A stretch of 64,000 nucleotides of DNA from an uncultured delta proteobacterium (GCA_963696385.1 CAVOKF010000008.1:800001-864000); one strand, 5' to 3'; counted from the first letter of the stretch, positions 9,927-20,291 are shown. Notes: a model not told the origin generated them from the sequence alone. A program made the numbers and translations.

Positions 9927-10022
9927 TACCTCGATTCCGCGGAATGGAAGGGTCGTTTTCCGCGATATTCCCGACGGGATCGGGTGGTCTCACCCCTCCG
10001 TTTCATGGAATCGGGGTACTAG
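9923..10022. mobile_element. MITE-like 100-bp element with 31-bp imperfect terminal inverted repeats bounded by CTAG
   Basis: ctagtacctcgattccgcggaatggaagggt vs reverse complement of right end ctagtaccccgattccatgaaacggaggggt (25/31 identical). Confidence 0.55.
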
Positions 10023-10244
10023 TCCCCCGCGCAATCTTCGAGTCCTTCGCCGATCGCCTCGACGGCAGTCGATCCACCGACGGTGGAGCGTCCTTCAGCG
10101 CGAGGGTCATGCGCTCGCTCGCCGCGTCCAGTCCGGGCCGACGTTTTTGGTGTCTTCGTTACCCCTGAATATCCGACCACCGTCCGCGCGGCACGGTCTC
10201 TGCGTTGCGGCTAGGCTTTATTCATGAAATGGGGGAGGGGCTCG

Positions 10245-12362
10245 ATGAACCGGATCCTTTGCGCAGAGTCCGTGGGGGTCGTCGCTCTCGTCACGACAGC
10301 GGCTTGCGGCGGTCGGGTGGACGACGGCGCTCCGGCAGGCGTTGCCGGCGGATATGCCAAGGAAGGCGGTGTCGCGCTCGACGCCGGTCCCCCACCCTCG
10401 GCGGACGCAAGCGCGCTCGACGCCGGTCCCCCGCCCTCGGCGGGCAGCGCGATCGGTTGCCTGGCGACTGGCGACGCGGCGGCGACGGGGGGCGCGGCAG
10501 CCAACTTCGTCGCCGTATCCGTGGGGAATGGCTTCGTCTGCGCCCTCACCGCGAGTGGCGCGGTCGAGTGCTGGGGTTCCGGCCCAGTCGCTTCCAGCGC
10601 GTACCCAGTGACCGTTCCTGGTCTCGAGAGCGGCATAACGGCCATATCCGCTGGAAACCTCTTTGCCTGCGCCTTGACGACCAACGGCGCAGTCCAGTGC
10701 TGGGGTTATAGCCAAGTCACATCCAGCCTGTCCGCGGTGACTGTGGTCCCGGGTCTCGAGAGCGGTATTGTCGCGGTCTCAGTCGGAAGCACGGCCGATG
10801 GTCCGGGCGGGGTGGCGGAACCCTTTTCGGCCTGCGCACTCACAGCAAGCGGTGCGGTCCAGTGCTGGGGCGACAATACCTACGGTCAACTCGGCAACGG
10901 CTCCAGCGGATTTTCGTCCAGCAGCTTGGTGCCGGTGCCCGTCACGGGGCTCGACAGCGGCGTGACCGCCGTATCCGTGGGGGGTGTCGATGCATGCGCC
11001 ATCACCGCGGCCGGCGCGGTCCAATGCTGGGGCGACAACTCGTTTGGTCAACTCGGCATCGATCCGACTGCACTCGCTTCCAGCGCGGTGCCTGTGCCGG
11101 TTCCCGGTCTCACGTCGGGCGTGGTCGCCGTGTCCGTCGGAGAGGCCGCCGCCTGCGCGCTCACCGTGGAGGGCCAGGTCGAATGCTGGGGAAACGCTTG
11201 GGGCTTCATTTCCGAGGTGGCCGGGCCGTCGGGCCCGGTGCCCGTCGCAGGCCTGTCCGGCGGCGTCAGCGCGGTATCCGTGACCCGAAACGACGGCTGC
11301 GCGCTCACCTCGGGTACCGGGGTCGTGTGCTGGGGCGACAATCTCTCGCTGGGCAACGTGTATCCGCCGATGACCGTCGTGGGGCTCGAGAGCGGCGCAA
11401 CCGCCATCGCCGTGGGGGGGCCTTATGGTGACCCAGCCGCCTGTGCAGTGACGAGGGATGGCGGGGTCGAGTGCTGGGGCGGGCTCAACTCCGTTCCTAT
11501 GCCGTTCGGTCTCGCGTGCGCATACGAGAATGGGGAGGCCGCAGGCAATTCCCCCAACTCGGCGGACTCTTCCACGACGGCATGCGCCGACCCCCTGACG
11601 TTCGCAGACCCGTTCGTCGAGGCCAACGTGCGCGCAGCCATCGGAGTGCCGATTGGGCCAATCCATCCGGCCGACGTAGCGGGTCTCACCGACTTGTCGA
11701 TGACCCCCCCCGCCAACACCCCGGCGATTCCTCCCCCCGGGTACGTCGGTCCCGTCACGTCCCTCGCGGGCATCGAGTGCCTTTGGAACCTGCGCACGGT
11801 GGTCTTCGAAGCGTACTTCGTGGACCTTACGCCGCTTTCGCGCCTTCCGAACCTCACGCTTCTCGCTTTGATAGAACCCTGGGAGACCAACATTCCGAGC
11901 CTGCCTCACGTGACATTCTTTCAGGGGGACCTTCATTCGAATACGGTGGATGTGTTGGCGGCATTTTCTTCGTTGAGGGTGCTCGAGTTGCTGTTCGCCG
12001 ACCTGTCGACCCCGCAGGCCCAAGCGGCGCTCTCGGCACGGACCGGTCTGACGACGCTCTCCGCTCCAGGCGCGGGGCTCACCGACACGGCCCCCCTCGC
12101 GCCCCTGAGCCTTCTGACGGATGTCGATATCGACTCGAATCAGATTCAAGACATCTCGTCGCTTTCGACTCTTGCGAACCTCCGAAGTCTCGACCTGAGC
12201 CGCAATCAGATCACGGACCTGTCTCCCTTGGTCGCCAACGTCTCTCTCGGCTACGGGACCGCCATCGCGATCGAGGGCAACCCGATCGACTGCACGGCGC
12301 AGGCGCAAAACATCGCGGCGTTGAGGGCACGGGGTGTCACCTTGACGACGGATTGCCCGTGA
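10245..12362 (+). CDS. Lipoprotein with RCC1/BLIP-II repeats and a C-terminal internalin-like LRR domain
   Basis: Lipobox TAAC; repeated ACALTxxGAVxCWG; LRR units such as LRSLDLSRNQITDLSPL. Confidence 0.85.
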   Translation: MNRILCAESVGVVALVTTAACGGRVDDGAPAGVAGGYAKEGGVALDAGPPPSADASALDAGPPPSAGSAIGCLATGDAAATGGAAANFVAVSVGNGFVCALTASGAVECWGSGPVASSAYPVTVPGLESGITAISAGNLFACALTTNGAVQCWGYSQVTSSLSAVTVVPGLESGIVAVSVGSTADGPGGVAEPFSACALTASGAVQCWGDNTYGQLGNGSSGFSSSSLVPVPVTGLDSGVTAVSVGGVDACAITAAGAVQCWGDNSFGQLGIDPTALASSAVPVPVPGLTSGVVAVSVGEAAACALTVEGQVECWGNAWGFISEVAGPSGPVPVAGLSGGVSAVSVTRNDGCALTSGTGVVCWGDNLSLGNVYPPMTVVGLESGATAIAVGGPYGDPAACAVTRDGGVECWGGLNSVPMPFGLACAYENGEAAGNSPNSADSSTTACADPLTFADPFVEANVRAAIGVPIGPIHPADVAGLTDLSMTPPANTPAIPPPGYVGPVTSLAGIECLWNLRTVVFEAYFVDLTPLSRLPNLTLLALIEPWETNIPSLPHVTFFQGDLHSNTVDVLAAFSSLRVLELLFADLSTPQAQAALSARTGLTTLSAPGAGLTDTAPLAPLSLLTDVDIDSNQIQDISSLSTLANLRSLDLSRNQITDLSPLVANVSLGYGTAIAIEGNPIDCTAQAQNIAALRARGVTLTTDCP
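10373..10443 (+). repeat. 39-bp tandem duplication (ALDAGPPPSA x2) in the linker
   Basis: cgcgctcgacgccggtcccccRccctcggcgg at 10373 and 10412. Confidence 0.85.
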
Positions 12363-12540
12363 CCAAGAACATCGAGAAAGCAGGCCCGCGGCGTTTCGCG
12401 CACGTCCAGCACGTCACGACCGCCGGCCCCGCCCTGGACCCGCAAAGTGGACAGCCGTTGACCCAACCGCTTCGGATCGCCCGTTCGCCCCGAAGAGAGC
12501 GGCTCGCAGGGGGTGGGACATCGGGATAGGTTGATTGCCG

Positions 12541-14292
12541 ATGGGCCTGAGCGATCCATTTGGAAAGGGGGCTGTGCTCACCCGGTGGGCGCCGTGCGCG
12601 CTGGTCGCGGCGGGATGCTCAGCGCGCGCGCCGGCAGCCTCGGTCGCGAGCGGTCCTGCGTCGATCGATTCGGGCGCCGCCACCCAATTCGCCACCGATG
12701 CAGCCGCTCCGGCGTCTGGCAGCGGCACGCTTTCCGTCGACGGCGGGCTGTCGCTCGGCCCAGCGTTTCCGCCCGAACCCGTGGGCGCCGGGCAGATCAC
12801 GGACGCGCAGGCGGCCAGCCTCGCCGGCAGCTTTTCCAGCGCGGCGCCCGGGTCCGCGCCCGCGCCCTGTCTCACCGAGCCCACATTCGGCGCGATGTTT
12901 CCCACCAATTTTACGCCGCCCCTCTTCGAGTGGACGGCAGACTCCACGCTCGACGTATTCGAGCTGCGCTTGCACGTGGATGGTGAAGAGAACGATCTTC
13001 TCGTCTACACGGACCAGACCACGTTCCAGATGCCCTCGGCGGCCTGGACCACGCTCGCCGCCGGAAGCGCAGGCCAGGACGTCGCCGTATCCCTGCGCGC
13101 CGGAACTCTCGTCGGCGGGGTCGCGAGCAGCGTCGTCACCGGACCGAACGGCGTCATCCACATTGCGCCCGTGGCAGCGCCCGGGGCCGTAGTTTACTGG
13201 ACGACTTCTGCCTCGAGCGCGCTCAAGGGGTTCCATATCGGCGACAGCAGCGCGACGACCGTGCTCACGCCGGCACTGATGCAGCAAGCCAGCCCAGGAC
13301 AATCAGCGACGTGCATCGGCTGCCACGTGTCGAGCCCCGACGGGACGGTAGCCTTCGTCGATCGCCAGGACGACGCGAACGGGCCCTTCGGAATCGACGC
13401 GCGCCTGGTCGACGGGACGGGCCAGCAACCGGCCAGCGCCATCGTCTCGAACGCAGCGCTCGCGACCCTGTCGCTCACGTACAACGTATTTCCGACGCTT
13501 TCGCTCGCGCACTACTCAGCGACGGATGCCGTCGCGCTGTCGGTGCGTAACGTCAACGTCGACGGCGGCGGCTACGACGACATGGGCTCCTACGAGCTCG
13601 TGTGGACGGACTTGCACACGGGAGCGTCGGGGACGATGCAACGGACGGGCGACCCGGGACAGCCGGACAGCCCCGACTTTTCACACGATGGCGCCACCGT
13701 GGCGTACACGTCCACCACCGGCGGGCCGATTTCGATCTACGAAGCGAACGCGACGACCGACGTGTACACGGTTCCCTATGCCAATCGGGCCGGCGGCGGC
13801 GCGAGCGCTCTCGCGGGCGCCAGCGATCCTGCGTACAATGAGTACTTTCCTGCGTATTCGCCGGGAGACACGTTCGTCTCGTTCGACCGCATTGGCGCCG
13901 GCGAGTCGATCTATGCGGCACCCAACGCCGAGGTGTTCGTCGTCCCGGCAGCGGGCGGAGCTCCGACGCGTCTGGCCGCGAACGATCCGCCGCAGTGCAC
14001 AGGGGTCACGAGCCCGGGAGTCGGCAATTCGTGGCCACGGTGGGCTCCGAGCAGCAGCCTGGTCGGGTCCAAGCGGTATTACTGGTTGGTTTTTTCCTCG
14101 ACGCGGCGAAGCCCGCCGGACGCGCCAACGCCGATCCCCCAGCTCTTCCTCTGTGCGATTGTCACATCACTGAATGGCACGTCCGAGGTCGTCGATTCGA
14201 CCTACCCGGCCGTGTACATTCCGGCGCAGACTCCGACGGAGTCGAACCATACGCCGGCGTGGGATCAATTCCAGCTTCCGCCGCCGCGATAA
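12541..14292 (+). CDS. TolB/PD40-repeat lipoprotein with one CxxCH motif
   Basis: Lipobox AAGC; CIGCH; PDFSHDG, PAYSPGD, NSWPRWAP repeats; start uncertain. Confidence 0.8.
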   Translation: MGLSDPFGKGAVLTRWAPCALVAAGCSARAPAASVASGPASIDSGAATQFATDAAAPASGSGTLSVDGGLSLGPAFPPEPVGAGQITDAQAASLAGSFSSAAPGSAPAPCLTEPTFGAMFPTNFTPPLFEWTADSTLDVFELRLHVDGEENDLLVYTDQTTFQMPSAAWTTLAAGSAGQDVAVSLRAGTLVGGVASSVVTGPNGVIHIAPVAAPGAVVYWTTSASSALKGFHIGDSSATTVLTPALMQQASPGQSATCIGCHVSSPDGTVAFVDRQDDANGPFGIDARLVDGTGQQPASAIVSNAALATLSLTYNVFPTLSLAHYSATDAVALSVRNVNVDGGGYDDMGSYELVWTDLHTGASGTMQRTGDPGQPDSPDFSHDGATVAYTSTTGGPISIYEANATTDVYTVPYANRAGGGASALAGASDPAYNEYFPAYSPGDTFVSFDRIGAGESIYAAPNAEVFVVPAAGGAPTRLAANDPPQCTGVTSPGVGNSWPRWAPSSSLVGSKRYYWLVFSSTRRSPPDAPTPIPQLFLCAIVTSLNGTSEVVDSTYPAVYIPAQTPTESNHTPAWDQFQLPPPR

Positions 14293-14604
14293 GACCTGCT
14301 TGTACGATCTCGACGGCCGCTGCCGCGCGAAGGCTGCGCGGCGAGGGGGGTGGTGCAATGCGAGACGCGACGCGGCCGCGGCGGCATCGCGCCGGGCCCC
14401 ATTTGCGCTCTTGTTTGGAAGGTCGTAGGCTGGCCTCGTGAGTTCCGGTCTGCACCTGCGCGCCGCCCGATTCGTTCGCGGTGGGTGGCGATCCATCGCA
14501 CCAAGGCCGGCTTTAACCTGAGATAGGGAGGAGGCGGCCAGTCGGGTCGCCCCTGCACACCCGTGCGATTCGTTGGGGTGGCCCGCGAAGCTGCCACGAC
14601 GAAG

Positions 14605-15405
14605 ATGACGGATCGCTACACGTTTGGGGACAATGACCTCGCGGCGGCGCGCCTCGCCCTGCTTGCCGAAGTGTACAAACCGACCACACGGCAACTCCTC
14701 ACAGAGTTCGCCGCCGTTTCCGTGGATGTCGCTGTGGACCTCGGTTGCGGTCCAGGACACTCTACGGAGCTGCTTCACGCCACCGTTGGCGCCGGCGCAA
14801 CCTGGGGTCTCGACGCATCGAAGCGCCTCATCGAGAGGGCACGGGCCCGCGTGGGTGCTTCCATTGGGTTCGCGATTCACGACGTAACCACCTCGCCACT
14901 TCCGATCGGTGGCATCGATCTCGCGTATGCGCGCCACTTGCTCGCGCATCTCGCAGACCCCAGGGCCGTGCTGACGGCATGTGCCTCGGCCTCTCGCTCC
15001 GGAGGCCGGCTGGTGCTCGAGGAGACGGCGGCCCTAGATTCCTCCGAACCAGTCTTCGTGGAGTACTACGCTTGCGTGCGCGAAATGCTGCGTCACTACG
15101 GGCAAAACATGTTCATCGGCTCGAGCCTTGAACGACTTGCTCAGGCGACGCCTTGGAGAGTCGAGCGCTTCGAACGCATCTCGGTTCCGCTCGACGCGCG
15201 AACCATGGCCACGTTGCATGCCATGAACGTGCGTACCTGGAGTCAGGACGCGTTTGCGGCATCCTCGTTCGACGCGCGGACGATGGGCGCGATGACCGAG
15301 AACCTCGATGCCATCGCGTCAGGCGATCGCGAAGTTCCGCCCGTGGCCGGTGTCTTGGGTCAAGCGGTTCTTCGCCTTGATGGCGTTTGCCACCCGGGGT
15401 GGTGA
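14605..15405 (+). CDS. Class I SAM-dependent methyltransferase
   Basis: VDLGCGPG motif I; YARHLLAHL. Confidence 0.9.
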   Translation: MTDRYTFGDNDLAAARLALLAEVYKPTTRQLLTEFAAVSVDVAVDLGCGPGHSTELLHATVGAGATWGLDASKRLIERARARVGASIGFAIHDVTTSPLPIGGIDLAYARHLLAHLADPRAVLTACASASRSGGRLVLEETAALDSSEPVFVEYYACVREMLRHYGQNMFIGSSLERLAQATPWRVERFERISVPLDARTMATLHAMNVRTWSQDAFAASSFDARTMGAMTENLDAIASGDREVPPVAGVLGQAVLRLDGVCHPGW

Positions 15406-15547
15406 AAGGTGAACGGGAGCTGCAGCCGGCGACGCCACGCGACCCGCCGGCACCGGCACCTGGTGAGGCGGCTTCGATTCGACGCCAGCGACCGGCGACG
15501 AGACGGGTGGCGCAGCCGAAAGAGCGATGTCGGCGACGATCGTGGCC

Positions 15548-15736
15548 TGCGGCCTCACGGTTGTCGAGTGCCTCCGGCAAGAGAAACTTCAGTGCGACTC
15601 GCTCGTCGAGCTGCATGTAATGGGCGGCGACGAGCACGCCCATGCCTCCGGCGCCCAGCACCCGCTCCACGCGGTACTTGCCCGCGAAGACCTCGCCTTC
15701 CCGAATGCCTGCCGCTGACTCAAGACCCCGATTCAT
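15548..15736 (-). pseudogene. N-terminal fragment of a Ser/Thr protein kinase
   Basis: GKYRVERVLGAGGMGV...RVALKFL, then similarity stops; no HRD or DFG. Confidence 0.8.
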
Positions 15737-15953
15737 GATTCCGAGCCCACCTGTGTTGGCTACTTCCCTCCTCCGCCGCACGATCGCTCAGGAGTCGCCG
15801 CCAAACAAGACTTGATGATCGCCCTCGGATCGACTCGGATCACGCCGTGCTCGGCGTCCCCGTCTCCCGGCTTGCGGCCACGCTCGCCGATCTGGCAGCC
15901 CGGGCAATGAGGGCGCTCCGCCACGCGTGCCGCGCGAAGGACGTGACTTCTGG

Positions 15954-17015
15954 TCACTCGGTCTCCGTCGTGCCGTTCTTGGATGGCATCGTGCGGGTGC
16001 GGATCTCGTCGATAAAGACCGCCACCTCTCGGTTCAGAAGGTCCGCGCGATCGATCTGGACGTAGTGGTGACTGCCCTTCGCGATGATGCGGCGGCTGCG
16101 TGTCGATAGCTTCTTGAGGTCCTCCTGTCCCGCGTTCCGCTCAGTGGCCAATCGCTTGAGGACTTCCGCTGAAAGGGGCGAGCCCGGAGGCGACAGGTTC
16201 AGGTCCGACGAGATGACAAGGACAGGCAGATCGCCGAAGGGACCCGTGCCGAGAGTCTCCTGTCCGGACACTTCGCTTGCCGAAGCCTCCGCCAAGACGG
16301 CGTCGAAGTACGACGGAATACAGCTGTCCGCCTTGAGCCAGTCGGTGTAGGGTTCGAAGCCCGGCTGCACCCGCGAGCACTCGCCCATGAGGCGTGCGAT
16401 GCCTAGCGCAGTTCGCCACTTGCTCATGGACATGTCCCTGGCGGCACGGTGCCAGAGCGCTCGAACCTCAGCGGGCGCGTTGGTCAACTCAAGGGGAGCG
16501 GGAGAGTCAACGAGGACCAACCCCGCCACCTCGCCAGGAAAGCGGGAGGCATACGATCGGATGTACAGTCCGCCGATCGAGTGCCCCATCAACAGGATCG
16601 AGCCTTGCACTCCTGCCTCCGACAGGAGAACATGCAGTCGATCGGCGACACTGTTGGAGTCGCGTCCTGCGTCTTGCGCTTCGCTCCAGCCAACGCCGAT
16701 GCGGTCGTAAGAGCACACTCGGGTGGTCTTGGAGAGGGGCGGCTGCACCTTCACCCAGATGAGCGAGTCGTTGCCCATGCCTGCTTCGAGGACGACCGTT
16801 GGGGCTCCCTCGCCGGTGCAATACAAGTGCATCGGCTTGCTGTTCACGGCGTAGAGCTTGCCCGGAGGTGGGTACATACGGCGAAGATGTCGAACTGCCA
16901 ACCAGTTGTACCCCGCGCCGGCAACAGCCAAGGCGACGAGTGCCGAGAGGACGGCGATGCCTACTCGGCGAACTGCGTGCCATGGGGTCCGCCGCGCCAA
17001 TTGCTCGCGCCACAT
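15954..17015 (-). CDS. Alpha/beta hydrolase with N-terminal membrane anchor
   Basis: HLYCTGEGAPTVVLEAG, SYDRIG, GHSIGG, SHHYVQIDR. Confidence 0.92.
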   Translation of the reverse strand: MWREQLARRTPWHAVRRVGIAVLSALVALAVAGAGYNWLAVRHLRRMYPPPGKLYAVNSKPMHLYCTGEGAPTVVLEAGMGNDSLIWVKVQPPLSKTTRVCSYDRIGVGWSEAQDAGRDSNSVADRLHVLLSEAGVQGSILLMGHSIGGLYIRSYASRFPGEVAGLVLVDSPAPLELTNAPAEVRALWHRAARDMSMSKWRTALGIARLMGECSRVQPGFEPYTDWLKADSCIPSYFDAVLAEASASEVSGQETLGTGPFGDLPVLVISSDLNLSPPGSPLSAEVLKRLATERNAGQEDLKKLSTRSRRIIAKGSHHYVQIDRADLLNREVAVFIDEIRTRTMPSKNGTTETE

Positions 17016-17291
17016 CGTTCAAGCATAACGGGCGGCCGCTTGGGCCACCCGTCCCGCTTCGCCGGCCACACGGGAGGGGGTTCAAAGTTTAGCGGTCGCG
17101 TCAGTCGAAAGAGTGGCCGCGCGCGAAGCGCCGTTCCACGATATGCTCATGGTCAGCCGGGGCGCTGGAAACACCGCTTATGGCGTTCGTTGTCGCTGAA
17201 ACGGCGAGCGATTTGGTTTTCTCATCCTCTCCTTTCTGCTTTTCACGGCGCGCTCCTGGCGCACCGCCATTCCGCGAGTACACTTCCTGAC

Positions 17292-17939
17292 GTGAGAAGA
17301 GTCGCCCTCGCGCTCGTGGCAGCCGTGTCGCTAACGGCTTCCGGGGTGCAGGCCGCCGAAGTCGACGGAAGCGAGCCTGCAACTTTTGGATCACTCCATC
17401 CGGAAGTCGCGGGTCGGTTCATGGCGAACACGTTCACCCTGACGCCAGCGGACCGTGCCCCGCCGTTGATCGGGGGTGGTCCAGGGGTGCGGGCGGGCGT
17501 ATCCGTTCTGGGCGTCTACGCCGGCTTGTCCTTCATCGATCTTTTGTCCGAGAGCTCCTGTCTCGATTCCTTCCTCGGTAGCTGTGGGTCAACTCACGCG
17601 GCGTCGTACGGACTTGAGTTGGGCTACGGCCACACGTTTTTTGGACACCTACTTGTGCGTGGATTGCTTGGTATCGGGGATCGCATTCTGATCTCCGACG
17701 GAACAAGCGAGACTTGCTCGGGAACGGTCCCATGCTCGATGCCGCTCACCACGACCTCGCACACGTCAAGAGGCGACCTGTATCTCGCCCCGGCCGTGTT
17801 CGTCGGGGTCATGTTGGGCCCCGTGCTCGTCGGCGCCGACGCCACGCTCGTGTACATGCCCACGGCAGGCGCACCCGACTCGTTCTCGGCAGCATTTGCT
17901 GCGCTCTCGCTGGGTGGGCAGCTCGGGGTGCGCCTGTAG
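17292..17939 (+). CDS. Secreted protein, possible small beta-barrel
   Basis: GTG start, signal peptide ending VQA, amphipathic strands, C-terminus LGGQLGVRL. Confidence 0.6.
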   Translation: MRRVALALVAAVSLTASGVQAAEVDGSEPATFGSLHPEVAGRFMANTFTLTPADRAPPLIGGGPGVRAGVSVLGVYAGLSFIDLLSESSCLDSFLGSCGSTHAASYGLELGYGHTFFGHLLVRGLLGIGDRILISDGTSETCSGTVPCSMPLTTTSHTSRGDLYLAPAVFVGVMLGPVLVGADATLVYMPTAGAPDSFSAAFAALSLGGQLGVRL

Positions 17940-18198
17940 GTCTGCTGGTCGAGCCTGGGGCGATCGCGGCACGCTCCGCGCCGCGCAAGCCACTTGACGG
18001 AGATGATTCAGCTCGCGTTCGAGCCCGATCGCCGTCTGATGGTCGATGTGACGAAGGGGCTTGAGGAAGTTCGCCGCTTCTTTCGCGACCGAGAGCTTCA
18101 GCAAGCTGGTCTGTACACGGCTCCTTGACATGCAAGTGATTGCTCGAAACTTGAGCTGTCGCACTGGTCGAAGCGTATCCGAAGGCGGCCGCCGCATC

Positions 18199-18440
18199 AT
18201 GACGTAACGAGAAATCTGGCACGAGCTTCACCTGCGCAGCGCGCCTCACGCGGTCTACGAGGTACTGACCGATCCAAAAAAGCTCGCAGGCTGGTGGACG
18301 ACGGATACGCGCGGGCAATCTGCCATTGGCAAGACGCTTGAGTTCCGGTTCAACGGACGCCTTGCCGCCGAGGTGACTGTCACCGAGTCACCGAGCTGAA
18401 GCCCGACGCGCGCGTGCAGTGGCGAGTGAACGCCCGAGGC
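18199..18440 (+). pseudogene. SRPBCC/AHSA1-family pseudogene
   Basis: MT*REIWHEL...VYEVLTDPKKLAGWWTTD...LEFRF; TAA at codon 3, 8-bp duplication at 18379-18394, 3' truncation. Confidence 0.75.
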
Positions 18441-18692
18441 AGGATGTCGAGCGGGGCCGCGCAGGCCATCCCCCCTCCACTGAACAACAACGCATCCGCC
18501 GATTCGCTTCACTTCGCGTTCTTACCGACTCCACTCTGTGACGATCTCATGTTCCGGTACGTTCGGGATGGCCGCAACCAGTGCGTGCGGAAACCGTTCT
18601 TCGCGGTGATCGAAAGGTGTGCGGTCGACATCAGATAAGCCGCGGGGGCGCGCCAGTGGCACCGGCAGCGCGGCGCCCATCAAGCTTCGTCG

Positions 18693-19067
18693 ATGCCGAT
18701 CAAGACCAAGCGCTGGAACGATCCCCTCGAGCCCGACGACGGCCACCGCCTGCTCGTCTGCCGCTACCGTCCCCGTGGGGTCCGGAAGGACGCCGAGATC
18801 TGGGACGCGTGGTCGCCTCAGCTCGGTCCGAGCCGCGAGCTGCATGCCGCCCTTTATGGCAAGCACGGACCTCCGATCGACTGGTCCGAATTCCGCCGTC
18901 GCTACCTCGCCGAGATGGGCGGGCACCGGGAGGCGATTGTAAACCTCGGCGCTCGCGTCGCGGCCGGCGAGACAATCACCCTGCTCTGCTCGTCGGCATG
19001 CTCGGACCCCGAGCGATGTCACCGGACTTTGCTCAGCGGGCTGGTCGCGGGGGCGGGAGAGGGGTGA
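18693..19067 (+). CDS. DUF488/YeaO-family protein
   Basis: DDGHRLLVCRYRPRGV, LGPSREL, FRRRYLAEM, CHR. Confidence 0.88.
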   Translation: MPIKTKRWNDPLEPDDGHRLLVCRYRPRGVRKDAEIWDAWSPQLGPSRELHAALYGKHGPPIDWSEFRRRYLAEMGGHREAIVNLGARVAAGETITLLCSSACSDPERCHRTLLSGLVAGAGEG

Positions 19068-19164
19068 CCAAGCCTGAAAATGGCGCCGCGATCGAGAGCC
19101 CCACCGGCGCCCGGACCAGCCCCGACGGAACGCCTCCGTTCGTGCGATCATCGAAGCCATCGCG

Positions 19165-19464
19165 ATGCGACCCTCGCCCGCGGCGGACTGTCGTGCCCGG
19201 CCAGGAGAGTTCGCGCCGGTCGTCGATCGGGCAAAGTGCGAGGGGAAGTCCGAGTGCGTCGAGGTCTGCCCATTCCACGTGTTCGAGGTCGGCCGCATGG
19301 GCGACGCCGACTTCGCGCAGCTCGGCGTGTTCGGCAAGCTCAAGAGCATCGCGCACGGGCGGAAAACGGCCTACACGCCTCGGGTGTCGGCTTGCCAAGC
19401 GTGCGGCAAGTGTGTTGAGGCGCGCCCCGAGAAGGCGATCAAGCTGTCTCGCGTCCAGGTGTGA
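19165..19464 (+). CDS. 4Fe-4S dicluster ferredoxin
   Basis: CEGKSECVEVCP and CQACGKCVEARP (last Cys of the second motif replaced by Arg). Confidence 0.8.
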   Translation: MRPSPAADCRARPGEFAPVVDRAKCEGKSECVEVCPFHVFEVGRMGDADFAQLGVFGKLKSIAHGRKTAYTPRVSACQACGKCVEARPEKAIKLSRVQV

Positions 19465-19606
19465 CCCTCGTGCCAATCCTGGCCGTTTTGCCGGTCTTCT
19501 CGTTGAACCTTGCACTTCTGCGTGTTGCGACAGCTTCGCCGCCGAGGCGTCGAGGTCGTTCTCTTCGACCGCGATCTCGGGCGCGCCGAATTGTGGTTCG
19601 CGAAGG

Positions 19607-19936
19607 GTGGCGGGCAAAGCAGCGATCGGGCTACGGATCGGAAAAGTGATCCACAAGCATAAGGTGGCCAAGCACTTCTTACTCGACATCCATGATTCCA
19701 AATTCGAGTATCGCCTCCGCGAGGATCGCATCGCAGAGGAGGCAGCACTCGACGGCGTATACGTGATTCGTACGTCCTTGAGCCAAGAGTCGACCAGCGA
19801 CGAACAGGCCGTTCGCCATTACAAGAAACTCGCGAATGTCGAACGCGCATTCCGATCCATCAAGACGATCGACTTGAAGGTGCGCCCCATTCACCACCAC
19901 TTAGAAAACCTAGTCCGAGCGCGCATCTTCCTGGGT
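19607..19936 (+). mobile_element. IS1634-family transposase internal fragment
   Basis: IGLRIGKV...KVAKHF...EAALDGVYVIRTS...YKKLANVERAFRSIKT.DLKVRPIHH. Confidence 0.85.
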
Positions 19937-19967
19937 CGTCGGCCCTTCCAGAAACCCTTGTTTTTTC

Positions 19968-19991
19968 GAGCGGGAGAAGGGTTCCGAAACC
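19968..19991 (-). repeat. Degenerate copy of the tRNA-Gly 3' end (att-like scar)
   Basis: gagcgggagaaggg identical to 30754-30767, then ttccgaaacc vs atttgaaccc. Confidence 0.55.
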
Positions 19992-20291
19992 GGCCAAAAC
20001 AAAGGCGGCCGACCACGCGCACTTGCCGCGAATGCCGCTGGTTTTGCGAACCCTGACCCCGACACCGCGCAACACCGGACGCCACCGAACGCCATGGCGT
20101 TGGGCAACTGGGGGGAAACGGACGTCGCCGGGCGAAGGGCCCTGGTCGGACGTCGAAGGACGGCGGTCGTTCGGCGCCACGCTCGCCGACGACCGGGTCG
20201 GTCAGGCCGCATCGTGGTCGGGCAAAGAGCCCGCGGCCCATCATCTGATGAGTTTGCGCGTCAGGCCCCGGTCGAGCGTCGCCCCGCGACA

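Noticed and set aside
18581..20056. 491-aa ORF as a full transposase
   Set aside because: Only about 19607-19936 resembles IS1634; the rest overlaps two genuine genes in other frames
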